64,000 bases of DNA, taken from contig NC_045697.1 of NCBI RefSeq assembly GCF_009834535.1, forward strand, positions 20,648,001-20,712,000, read 5' to 3'. Positions within the stretch are counted from its first letter, which is position 1; each line of letters opens with the position of its first letter. Below, piece after piece: positions 13,446 to 25,320 of this stretch. A model generated the notes under the pieces. That model was not told where the DNA came from and searched no databases. It saw nothing but the letters and a program-made list of their open reading frames with translations. This DNA comes from Camelus ferus. Its lineage: Eukaryota. The position numbers and the translations under genes were made by a program.

Positions 13446-13780
13446 GAGTTTTGACTACACATGCTAGAGTTAGCAGAAACAAGAGATAGAAAGATCAGTT
13501 GTAATTAAGTGGATTGATTCAAGATTTTACAAGGACAATCTTAAAATGATTTGGAATTTTAAATTGTATTTCAGAAGTATTAGGATGTATGAAATATTTA
13601 TTTTTAGCTGTGCTAGAATCTGTGTTTATCCAATCATATAGAGAATCTGTCTTATTAATGTAACGTTATTTTTCTTTAACTTAAATCTTTATACATTCTC
13701 TTATCCATATTAGATAATTCAAGAAGAATCAAATGGGATAAGGAAATTCACTGTTGAGAATAACATTATATTTTTGCTTC

Positions 13781-13828
13781 ATTTTGTTTTTAATAGACAT
13801 TTTTAGAGCAGTTTTAGGTTCACAGTAA
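13781..13828 (-). mobile_element. Extreme 3' end of an old L1 (L1MA/MB-like)
   Basis: ttttaatagacatttttagagcagttttaggttcacag. Confidence 0.6.
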
Positions 13829-14289
13829 TTACACTTCTAAAACAGTGATAGACTGCATTAACAAGAGATCTAAAATTATTTAGTTGGTCTTGAGATTTGG
13901 GTTGGTTTTTCAGAATCCAAAAAGAGGCACCAACAGTAATGAAAACTACACAGAATGACCAATAATCAAATGATACATATGTAAAATATAAAACTTAAAA
14001 AAAAACTAATATAGACAAACACCAACAAAGAAAAAAAAACGGAAAGAGCTTATGAGTCAAAATAAGAGTTTTCATGGAGAAAAATGTATAATATAAAAAT
14101 ACTATAAAACTCTTAAAATGCCAACAATTAGTTATATGACTTTTGACCTCTGTCATAGCTGTATTTGTTCCGTGATACAACAATCATATTTTGATCAAGA
14201 TAAATTAAAGCAAAAGAGAATTATTAACTCTTGGGTATGACTGAATTACACACACTTAGTCATCATGTTTCAGGTCATATTAAAATATC

Positions 14290-14699
14290 TATGCTAATAT
14301 TGTAAGTAATTTTCTGTACTTCAAAGTATGAAAGCCTGAAAATTATAATTCCCAGACTCCCTTGCAGGAGTGTTAGTATAATAGGTAACAGAGACTTTGT
14401 GAGGTTTGAAAACTGGAATTTAAAGACAAATCATGTTCTCAGGTGAAAGCTGCAGACAGGTATGTGGGCTACAGAGAAATCCAATGATAGACTTTGCTAA
14501 GGTTTTACAATGTTTCTTTTCTCTGGATCATCCACCGTAGTACTGCAGGCAAATAAGATAATTGGTGGAAATTTCCAGGGGCTTTTCCACCTTTATTAGC
14601 CTTTACTATCCCTTTGGTGGTGCTTTATGTATTTAATTCTCTTCCTAGTTGAGATACCTAGAGTTGGCTTACATTTTCATGTGGCTCCTGAATGAGCCA
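14290..14699 (+). mobile_element. ERVL solo LTR, LTR33-like
   Basis: gaaaattataattcccagactcccttgcag near the start, and ttgagatacctagagttggct...cctgaatgagcca at the 3' end. Confidence 0.65.
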
Positions 14700-16067
14700 T
14701 CTCCCTAGTAGGAATATTTATTCTGTTCAATGTGAACCTCTGCTTAGGAGCCAATGACTCAGTTTTTGAGGATTAGTGTCATTTTTGGTAAAAAAATATC
14801 AGCATATTTCTCCCTGTTATTAATACGGGTAATGTAAACAAAGGTTAAAACATGGTATCAATTTTGATAAAGTAAAATATTTCATTAGCTTCCAAAATAA
14901 AGGAAGTATTTTCTTTAAGTAAATTCAATTTTAAGGACCACTCAGTAAAGTTGATAATAACTGATGGGTGTGATTGGCTCTTATAAGAGTACAAACATGA
15001 GAATTGGATTCTTGAATTTGAGAACTTGAAGGTTAAAATTAGATGAGATAAAAGTCTAAAATAAAGACAATTATAAGTGGCTTACTTCAAGTGAATTACA
15101 ACTTTCTTTTTAAATCAAACTTCAGAATATCAGGGCAGGGACTGCACTTTGTAGAACATGCAAGAGTTATGTTTAGGACAAATACAGTCATGTACTCAAG
15201 TAGACATATTGCACACCGGTTAAACACATTTTCTGCAAGTGGTGGTACACAGGAAATATAACTAGATATGCAAAATAATTGGACATCTTGAGAAATGACA
15301 GAGCTCTGGTTAGGATATAGTTATAACTGGGGTATCTCTAATCTTTAAAGAGAGCCTTAACAAAGCTGTGGTTATATGATTTTTCCACAATGAACCAAAA
15401 TTCAAACAGTAGATAGTCTTTCAATAATAATTTAAGAGATTGTGTCATTTTCATATTTAGATCTACAAGCTTCTTCAGCAGCTCAAAAACAGCTGAGTTT
15501 AGCAGCTACATAGTAAGGATGATTAGTTTGAGGAGGACTCTCCTTGACACTGTTAATTGTAATATCTGACAATTGTGAACTATGCATTTTATAAATTAAA
15601 AAAAAAAGTGATATTTTTAACATTGCCTCCAGTACTTAAATTTTAGCCCCAAGGATGAAAGTCACGTCCCTCCGATAACCAGTCTGTAAGAAACTGAAAA
15701 CTAGGTTAGACTGACCATGGAATCAACCAAGGATTACAATCACCATGTGTAAATTTTTAAGCTTTTTGTAATTTAAAATTCAATTTTAAGGTTTACTTCA
15801 CTCATTTATTTTTTCAGTTTTTCCCGTGTATCCTGTCCGTTCCCTTGGATTGCATTTTACAACTTTCTTTTCCTGTTCTGTTTCCCTTTCCTTGCTCCAG
15901 GCATTCTTAGTGTCTGCCACTGATTTCTCTTCTTCTTACCCACATATTTTGGGGACTATTAATCAATGTACTGATTTGGGTGCTTTCCTTTTCCTTCTTT
16001 ATGAAATTTCTCTGTGTAATTCTCCCACTGCTGTAGTTTCAATTATCACTGCTGTGTACGATATACC

Positions 16068-16240
16068 TGTAGTAGGTTGAATAATGGAATATATTTTACC
16101 TTCTTTGGATAAATTATCTTACAGATGTAATTCAATTAAGGATCTTAAAATGAGAATATTACTTTGGATTACATATACTATCATAAATAATGCCATCGTA
16201 AGTATTCCTGTAAGAGAGAGGCAAATAGAGATAACACATC
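16068..16240 (+). mobile_element. MLT1D-like LTR, 5' part
   Basis: tgtagtaggttgaataatgg...cagatgtaattcaattaaggatcttaaaatgaga...gtaagagagaggca. Confidence 0.7.
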
Positions 16241-16464
16241 ATCTATTAAAGAGATTTGGAAATAGTAGGTTTTACCATAAAATACATTTTTGTCTTATGT
16301 CCCTTTCCTTTGACGATGCTCTCCTCCTTGACTGGGGTAAATTTATGTACCTCCTCCACTTGATGAATTTCTACTTTTTTTGTCAAAGTCCAACTCCAAA
16401 GTCACTTTTTCTGTATGGTATATCCCCACCCTCTGGAAGAGATCATGTCCCACAAGAGAGACCA

Positions 16465-18314
16465 TAGCCTCTAGTAACCACAGATCTGATCTCTTTTTCT
16501 TCAAGTTTGTTTGGGTTGCTGTTTGTTTGTCTTGGAAGCACACAACATATTGATTTGATATTTCTATATATTTCAAAATGGTCACCATGATATGTCTAGT
16601 TACCATGTGTCACCACACAAAGATATTACGTAATTATGAACTACATTCCCCACATATACACTTCATACCCATGATATTTATTTTGCTCCTGGAAGTTTGT
16701 GCCCATTAATCTCTATCACATATTTCCTCCTCTAACATCCTTACCCTTTGGTAACCACCTATTTGTTCTCTTTATCTGTGACTGTTTCTCTTTGGCTATG
16801 TTTGTTCATTTGGTTTTTAGATTCCATGTATAAGTGAAATCATACAGTATTTGTCTTTCTCTGTCTGACTTATTTCACTTCATATAATACTCTCTAGGTC
16901 CATCTATTGTCACAAATGGCAAGATTTCATTCTTCTTTAGGGCTGAGTAATATTCTTTATCCATTCATTTATTGATGGACATGGGTTGCTTTCATGTTGT
17001 GGCTACTGTAAATAACGCTGCAATGAGTATAGAGGTGCATATATTTTTATGAAGTAGTATTTTAATTTTCTTTGGGTAAATACACAGGAATGGAATTGTG
17101 GGAAAATGTGGTAGTTCTATTTTTAATTCTTTTGAGGAATCTCCATGCTTTTTTCATAGTGGCTGCTTCAATTTACCTTCTGGCATGAGGGTTCCCTTTT
17201 CTCCACATCCTTACTAACACTTGTTATTTGCTGCCTTTTTGAAAAAAGCCATTCTGACAAGTGTGAGATGTTATTGTGGTTTTGATTTCCATTTCCCTGA
17301 TGATTAGTGATGTTGAGCATCTTTTCATGTGCTTGTTGGCCATCTGTTTGTCCTCTTTGGAAAAATGTCTATTCATCTCCTCTGTCCATTTTTTAATTGA
17401 GTTGATTGATTTTTTGATATTGAATTGTATGAGTTCTTTGCATATTTTGGTATAAAGCTCTTATCCAGATAGATTGCTTTGCAAATATCTTCTCCCATTC
17501 ATTTGGTGGTCTTTTCATTTCCGTGATAGTTTCCTTCGTTGTGCAAAAGCTTTTTAGTTTGATGTAGTCCCATTGGTTTATTTTGGCTTTTGTTTCCCTT
17601 GCCTGAGAAGACATATATAAAAAATAATACTAAAAATAACGTCAAGGAGTACACTGCCTATATTTTCTTCTGGAAGTTTTATGGTTACAGATCTTATTCA
17701 TAAATCTTTTACCCATTTTGAATTTATTTTTGTGCGTGGTGTGAGAAAATAGCAGTTTGATTACTTGCATGCAGCTGCCCAGTATTTCCAACATCATTTA
17801 TTGAAGAGGTGGTCTTTTCCCCAGTGTATATTCTTGCTTCCTTTGTTGAAGATTAATTTCCCATATGAGAGGGAACATGTGAGAATTTTTGTGCACCTTT
17901 TAAGTGTGGCATCTCTATTTCCTACAGCCCTCTGGCTCTCTCAAAAGTAAGCCCTGCTGGCCTCCTTCTGGGGAGGGGCGCTTGTCTTCTCTAGGCAGGA
18001 CCCCTGTGCGGGGAAACTCAATATTGGGCTCGTGACCCTCTCTCCTTGGGATGAATCTTTGCAACTGTAATTATCCTCCTGTTTGTGGGTTTCCCAACCA
18101 GGGTTATGGGCCTCGACTATAAAATGTCTCTGCCCCTCCTAACTGTCTCTATTGTGGCTCCTTCTTTGTATCTTTAGTTGTCAAAGATTTTTTTCTGATA
18201 GTCTTTAGGTGCTTCTTATCAATAGTCACTCTATAAATAGATGTAATTTTGTTGTGCCTGTGGGAGGAGGTGAGCTCAGGGTCTTCTTGATTTGCCATCT
18301 TGTCCTGACCTCTC
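16465..18314 (-). mobile_element. L1 with 5' UTR (about 17872-18314) joined directly to the ORF2 C-terminus and 3' UTR
   Basis: ORF 17393-17614 reads KAKINQWDYIKLKSFCTTKETI...WEKIFA (ORF2 C-terminus). The right part matches the L1MA-type 5' UTR and ends in gccatcttg (YY1 site CAAGATGGC on the minus strand, 18294-18302). Confidence 0.85.
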
Positions 18315-18424
18315 TTAAAGTCTTCTTATCTTGTATTTGCCATTAGGGCAGACAGCCTATTTATTTTTGTGTTTGTAGTAACTGTGCTTATTACAGAGCA
18401 GGCATCTAAAAGCAGGGCTTCATG

Positions 18425-18830
18425 TAGCAGTGTGCTGACACATATTTAACAACTGTATTTTTTAAAAATATGGCATTTTCTCTTTTTATGATGTAAGTAT
18501 TCCCACAATAGCCAATTTCTAGCTGCCAATATGACACTGCTGAAAGTGGAATTGGAAAGGTTGCACAATGGCACATCAGTGTATGTTATTTCACTGTACA
18601 CATGAACTATACATAAATAATCATGGACCTAAATTAATGATAAAACAGAGAAAAACGATCAGGAAGTGATGAGTTTTGAGATTTTATTTTTTTAGTGTAA
18701 TACATTTAGGAGTAAATTTGTGTAATTAATCTTTAATAATGTCTGCGTTTAGCAGCCAGCAAGCAATATTCCTGAAAAATGAATGCTCAGCTCTCGTGAG
18801 CCAGGACGAGCTGGCTTCAGTGCATCATTG
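18425..18830 (-). mobile_element. hAT-Blackjack MITE, MER63B-like
   Basis: TIRs tagcagtgtgctg / cagtgcatcattg. Internal aggaagtgatgagttttgag and gctctcgtgagcc. Residual 8-bp TSD gcttcatg / attttatg (5 of 8 match, all mismatches are transitions). Confidence 0.8.
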
Positions 18831-19800
18831 ATTTTATGACATAATACACTGGTCCAGTAAATGTAAAGCCTTGTTTAAAAAATTCTAAGAATCATATTCA
18901 ATCTATTCACTCAGTAAGTAAGTTTATGATGTTTCCAACTATATTATATTTTTTGCATGAAAGTAAATAGAAGCAGTGAAATACACAGAACATTTTTTTT
19001 GGAGAGAATGAGGAGGCATAAAGCATGCAGTAAGATGGCAAATATTTTTCAATGAAAACACCTGTTTTAAAATATAAAAAACTTTATATTGGCAATAAGG
19101 TATAAATAAAAATTTGATCATATACTTCAAATAACTCTATAAAACCAACCACAGCCCAGAGTATTTTCTCTTCTGATAGTATGTAATCTCTTATTACAAA
19201 TGACTTTGTTAATTCTTTCTAATCCATTTATATTTTAAGGATAATTACAAATTAAAAATCATCAAAATATATTTGATGAATCAACTAGTATTTAAATATT
19301 TTATCACTACCAATCTTTGTTGTACACTAGTGTAGCTGTATGGCAGAATTACAAAATAAAAGTAGAATAGAAAGTTAAAGGCATATTCGAAATACTGAGT
19401 CTAACTGGGAAGTCCTCAGCAAAGGCTAAGGCTAAATTCAATAATCTTTTTAAAACTATAACTCAAAATTTTCTTTACATGATTAAATATAAGCTATTGC
19501 TTCTAAAACTGAAGGGATAGTTATTTTTTTTAAGGCAAATGATTTATTTTTTATTTCTTGATGTGCCATCTTCCCTTTCCTCACTTTATAAAACATTTTA
19601 TATTTCCAGACATATGAGGATACTTTACATATTTTTTTCTGATTTTTCCCTACAGTTTTGTCTTTTATATAATGTCAAAAAAAATAGACCATAAAGTTTT
19701 TTTTTTTTTGAGTGGAATTAAACCAGGTCAAATTATCTGAAATTTTGTAAGATGCATGATGTGTACTGATAATTTTTTAGAAGTTTTTTTTTGACCATAT

Positions 19801-21149
19801 AGTTTTAATTTGCATTTCTCTGATAATTAGTGATACTGAGCATTTTTTCACATGCTTATTGGTCATTTGTATGTCTTCATTGGTGAACTGCTTGTTTAGG
19901 TCTTCTGCCCATTTTTGTATTGGGTTGCTATTTCTTATTAAGTTGTATGAGCTGTTTATACATTCTGGAAATTAAACCTTTGTCAATCGTATCATTTGCA
20001 AATATTTTCTCCCATTCTGTAGGTAGTCATTTTGTTTTGCTTATGGTTTCTTTTGCTGTGCAAAAGCTTATAAACTTAATTAGGTCCCATTTGTTTATTT
20101 TTGCTTTTATTTCTATTGTGTAGGTAGACTGCCCTAGGAGAACAGTGCTAAGATTCATGCCAGAAGTTATTTTGCCTATGTTTTCTTCTAGAAGGTTTAT
20201 AGCGTCTTGTTATGTTTAAGTCTTTAAGCCATTTTGAGATCATTTTTGTATGAGATGTGAGGGAATGTTGTAACTTCACTGATTTACATGCAGCTGTCCA
20301 TCAAAACTACAATGAGGTATCACCTCACACCAGTCAGAATAGCCATCATTAAAAATTCCACAAGTGATAATTGCTGGAGAGGGCATGGAGAAAAGGGAAC
20401 TCTTGTATACTGTTGGTGGGAATGCAGTTTGATGCAGCCATTATGGAAAACAATATGGAGAGTCCTCAAAAAACTAAAGATAGACTTTCCATGATTCAGC
20501 AATCCCACTCCTGGGCATATATCCAGAGGGAAATCTAATTTGAAAAGATGCATACACTCCAATGTTCATAACAGCATTATATACAATAGCCAAGACATGA
20601 AAACAACATAAATGTCCATCAACAGATGACTGGATAAAGAAGTCATGGTATATTTATTCAATGGATTACTCCTCAGCCATAAAAAGAATAAAATAATGCA
20701 ATTTAAACAACATAGATGGACCTGGAGAATGTCATTCTAAGTGAAGTAAGCCAGAAAGAAAAAGAAAAATACCACATGATATCACTCATATGTGGAATAT
20801 AAAAAAAGAAAAAAGAAGACACTAATGAGCTTATCTACAAAACAGAAACAGACTCACAGACATAGTAAACAATCTTATGGTTACCAGAAGGAAATGGGGT
20901 GGGAAGGGAATAGGGTGGGGATTGGGTGGGAGTTTGCGAAGTGCAGATATGAACTGGTATATATAAAATAGATAAACAACAAGCTTATACTGCATAGCAC
21001 AGGGAACTATATTCAATATCTTGTAGTAACCTATAATGAAAAAGTGTATGAAAGTGAATATATGTACATATATATATGACTGAAGCTTTATGCTATACAC
21101 TAGAAATTGACACATTGTAAACTGACTATACTTCAATAATAAAAAATAA
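19801..21149 (+). mobile_element. Younger cetartiodactyl-type L1, 5'-truncated with 5' inversion (19801-20300 inverted)
   Basis: ORF 20288-20494 reads [18 protein letters not shown]...[19 protein letters not shown] 3' UTR and A-rich tail follow. TSD tgaccatat(a) at 19792 and 21150. Confidence 0.9.
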
Positions 21150-22205
21150 TGACCATATAAAATGTAAGAATTTGTGTCTGGCTTTTTCTGCCTAGTGTAA
21201 AACTTCTGAGACTTATCCATGTTGTTGCATTTATTGGCAGTTTGGTCCTTTTAATTGCTTAATAGTATTGAATTTTATAGATGTAGTACAGCTTCCTGAG
21301 GGATAAGTCATGATAGATATTTAGATTGATTTGGATTTTTTTTGGAGAGTATAAAGTTGTTATAAACATTTCTGTACAGGTTTTTGGGACAACATGGGTT
21401 TTCATTTCTCTTAGGAAATACCTAGCTGTAGATTGACTGGGTGGTGTGGCAACTATATATGTTTAATCAAAAAAAAACCCACCAAATTATTTTTCAAAGT
21501 GGTTATTTCACTTTATATTGCCATGTGAAATGTCAAAATGTTCAAATTACTGCACATCATTGCCAGCACATGGCAGTACCAATACTGATGCTAGTTTTTT
21601 GTTTTGCTTTGTTTTTTTGTTGCCATTCTGGTCCAAATACAATGGTATCTCATTATGGAATCATGAGGAATTGATCTATACATTAATTGTGTATTATATG
21701 CAACACAATGCTGTATATTATATTGTTTCTGTATGCATTTGCATTAGTTATTACAGAATTAATTTATATTTCCGTAATTACTATTCATGTCAAGCATATA
21801 TTCATGAAACCATTTGCACTCATGGATATATGATATATATCTTTAGTGGAGTGTTTGCTTAAATCTCTTGTCTTTTTAAATTTGATTCTTATCTGATTAA
21901 ATCTTGGGTGTTCATTACATATTCTGGACATAATTCTTTTTCAGATATGTGTTTTGGAAACAATTTCTCTAAGTCTGTGTCTTATCTTTTTATTCTCTTA
22001 ACAGTGTCTTTTGAACAACAAGTGACTTAAATTTCTACTGAAATCCATTTATGGAAATTATTACTGCCTTTTAACTTCCAAGAAATGTTTTCCTAACCTA
22101 GGGTCATAAAGATTTTTTTTTCTAGAAAATTTTCATGGTTTTGAGCTTATGATTCATTTCAAGTTTTGTTTTTGTTTTTCCTTTGTGGTATGATGTAAGG
22201 GCCAC

Positions 22206-22239
<34 letters not shown>

Positions 22240-22790
22240 TGTTTGTGCGTGTGTATTGATGGCTAAATGTATCTGTTCTGTATGTTGAGAAAATTATCCT
22301 TTCTCCATTAGCTATTAACTGACCATAAATATGTGGTTCTAGTTCTTGAATCTCTATTCCATTCATTGGTCTTTTTTTCTACCATATGTCATGCTATTGG
22401 AATAAGTACCTTTATAGGAAGTCTTGAAATCAAGTAGTATGAGTGCTCCAACTTTATCTCTCATTTTCAAAAAAATTTTTTTGGCTATTCTAAGTCCTTT
22501 GTTTTGTGATATAAACTTTATAATTATTTTGGCAATTTCTACAAAAGGCTTGCTGGACTTTTGATTGGACTTGCATTGAGACTCTTGAAAATACTGCTTT
22601 TTATAATCCATGAACAAGGTATATCTTTTATAATCCATGAACAAGGTATATCTCTATATCTAAATATATTTAGATTTTCTTTGATTTTTCACATCACTAG
22701 TTTATAGCCTGCAGCATACAAATTTTGTACATATTTTGTAAGATTTTTCCCAAAGTAGTCATAGGTTTTGATGCTATGTAATTAATTTCA
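21150..22790 (-). mobile_element. Old L1 (L1MB/MC-like) 3' UTR and ORF2 fragment
   Basis: tttgtgtctggcttttt...atccatgttgttgcat. ORF 22363-22644 contains FVEIAKIIIKFI...LRIAKKIFLK...VGALILLDFKTSYK (ORF2-like). Confidence 0.8.
22208..22254. repeat. (TG)14 microsatellite with a degenerate extension
   Basis: Read directly. Confidence 0.95.
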
Positions 22791-24159
22791 GTTATAGCCA
22801 CACACAATACAGCTGCAGTTCTCTTTCTCAAGGGCTCATTCATCACTTTTTGAACTTAGTTCTGTAATGTTCTATTCCCCTAATAATTAAAAAAGAAACA
22901 GCAACAAAAAACCCAAACAAACAAACAAAAAACTACAAATGTATAATGTATCTGGCTTGTTTTACTTATTAGAATCAGGATAACAGTCCCTTGTTCTTTT
23001 CTAGGCATAACTTGAGGCAAATATATCACATGCATATTATGACAACATTTTAAAACAGAGGATCATAGTTTCTGCTTTACCACCTAACTTATTCCTCATC
23101 TCTTGTTTTGTCTCTGAAAATAAATTTCAGCTATAAGCATTCACTAATAAGTTTTATTAATGCAGTTATTGGGAAAAAGGAAAACTACTGACTGGAAATA
23201 GAAGAAGATACAAGGTTTGTTTTATCATGCATTTAATTTAAATACATAGTACTATATTTTGCTTGATTCATGTTATATTTTCATTCTTTTTATGTTAGCC
23301 TTTATATTAAATGTCATATATATACATACCCTCTAAAATGCTAGTTTACTAATTATAACTTCATTGAAGACAATTTTACCAATGAAGCCTTAAAAACATT
23401 TTCAGGGTTACTGCTAAAATTCAGAGCAGGCAAAGAAAAGGAGAATTCAGATTAGCAATTTGCACTCTCAATTTGATGATAACAGCATTGCATTTCTTGG
23501 GAAAATAAATAAGAATTTAGAGGTAAATATCCTAAAACAAATACTTACTATTAGTAAACAGCTAGTGAAAGGAAACAGTAAAAGAACTCTTATTGAATGA
23601 AACTAACTTTTCATTGACGTTGTTGGTTAATCATTTATTTTACTATGTGCTGAAATTTACCATTTTTGCAGTTTTTTAAAAAAGTACCATATTCAAAAAT
23701 ATGCATTATTATACTGTGTATATATCAGTAAGATTATTACTTATATTAATTATGGACTCTCATAAGAGATTATCTTAGAATCAGTCTCAGGATTGTTAAA
23801 GAATTCTTAATGATATGGCTGGCTTAGGAACAAAAATGATAAAATACTAATATTACTACTTCAGAGACTTGTGGGATGGCTGTTATATTCTGAGTTCAAA
23901 TTAAAATGATCAGAAGAAATCACTAGGACATGTAGCTCCTATAGGGTACAATGCTCACAATATAGAACCTGCCTTTATGTTCCAGCACTCCCATCTAATG
24001 ATCATGTAGAAAAGAGTCTATATGTGAAGAGAATTGGGGCCAGACATTCTGTTTCATGTTACTTATTTTTAGTTGGTTATGATTATAAAACTGTCATCGG
24101 CTACCCAGAAGATACTCATCTGGGTATAAGGAATCTACACTCAAAGTTCCTTTTAGTTT

Positions 24160-24654
24160 TGTCAATGAAAAACAAAAAATATATAATGTGAGAGTTGTGA
24201 GTTAAGTTCTATTTGGAGCAAAATGAGGAGTATAGCCCAGGAGACAGCCTCTTAGGTAACTCTGAGGAACTTCTCCACAGGGTGGGGAGAGGACCGTATA
24301 GATATGATTTGAGTAAAGGGGTGGGGGGGACAAGTGCAATGAAGCACACATTTTGGCAGAGGCCGGGCATGGGGGCTAGTTGTTGTCAGTCACAAAGAGC
24401 AGATGTCTCTGTTAGTGATTTTAGTGCTTTTCCAGATATGAGAAGATGCAAGACATTGGGCTCACAAAAATCCTCTTCTGAAAATATCTAACTATCTGAA
24501 GACCTATTCTGCCACTTTTTCCCACAGCACAGAGTGCCTCATTCCTGATCTCTACCCTGAACTCCTTTCAGGGTGTTTTGAAGGTCAGTGTCTGCAGTGG
24601 CTAGTGGCTTCTTTCTTGTAGAACCGGATGGGAAGCGATATTCTTTAGATGGCA
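24160..24654 (-). mobile_element. ERV1 solo LTR, MER41-related cetartiodactyl family
   Basis: TG...CA termini with a perfect 4-bp TSD GTTT (24156-24159, 24655-24658). Motifs tatagcccaggagacagcctc and gattttagtgcttttccagatatgagaagatgcaag. Confidence 0.85.
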
Positions 24655-24659
24655 GTTTA

Positions 24660-25020
24660 TTTGACCTCTCTCATTCTTTCACAGCCCACTTCCAGTTTAT
24701 CAGGAATTTCTGTTGATTTCATCTTCGTAATATATCTAACTTCTGATTGTTTATCTTGACCTTAATGGCTGGTCAAAGCCACAATTGGTCCGCCAGTATC
24801 TCAACACAATTCTCTAGCTTCTTGCTTCTATTCCTTGCTTCTACTCTTGAAATCTTACATTTTGTTCTATCAGTTTCTCGATCTCCAGTCCTCACTCCTA
24901 CTCTGTCCTTTGAAGATTAACAGAGGTTTATTTTATTTCTTAAATCTTCAATGCCTAGAACAGTGCCTGTCAAGCCACGTGTGTTTAGTAAATATTTGTT
25001 GGAGTGAACAAATGAATTGA
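24660..25020 (+). mobile_element. L2 3' fragment
   Basis: Ends aatgcctagaacagtgcctg...agtaaatatttgttggagtgaacaaatgaat. Confidence 0.75.
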
Positions 25021-25096
25021 TTTTGTTAGAGGCTGACAAAAGGGAAAAAAAAAACACGCGGAATTGAAAACGTTTGTCAAACTTTGACTCCCATTT

Positions 25097-25320
25097 AAGG
25101 GCACTGTAGAAGTAGGGGGATAAGAGACACAAACTATTAGGTAAAAAATAAGCTACAAGGATATATTGTACAACATGGGGAATAGAGCCAGCTTTTTAAA
25201 AATAATAACTATAAATGGAGTATAACATTTAATAATTGTGAATCACTATATTATACACCTGTAATTTATGATATTGTACAACAATATTAATTTAGTTTAA
25301 AAATTGTAAAAGAAAAAAAG
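25097..25320 (+). mobile_element. L1 3' UTR end with A-rich tail
   Basis: aataagctacaaggatatattgtacaacatggggaatagagcca...tgtgaatcactatattatacacctgtaa. Confidence 0.85.

Larger units (their letters stand above)
15820..18410 (+). mobile_element. Fragmented L2 (pieces ~15820-16067, 16280-16460, 18315-18410) interrupted by MLT1D and L1
   Basis: RT-region remnant (ttcccttggattgca; ctgtagtttcaattatcactgctgtgtacgatatac, approximately the YADD region), then L2 3' motifs, with the L2 tail reappearing after the L1. Confidence 0.55.

Noticed and set aside
16397..18330. aaagtcactttt / aaagtcttctt as a TSD for the internally deleted L1
   Set aside because: The left copy fits the surrounding L2 sequence and is not adjacent to a poly(T) tail.
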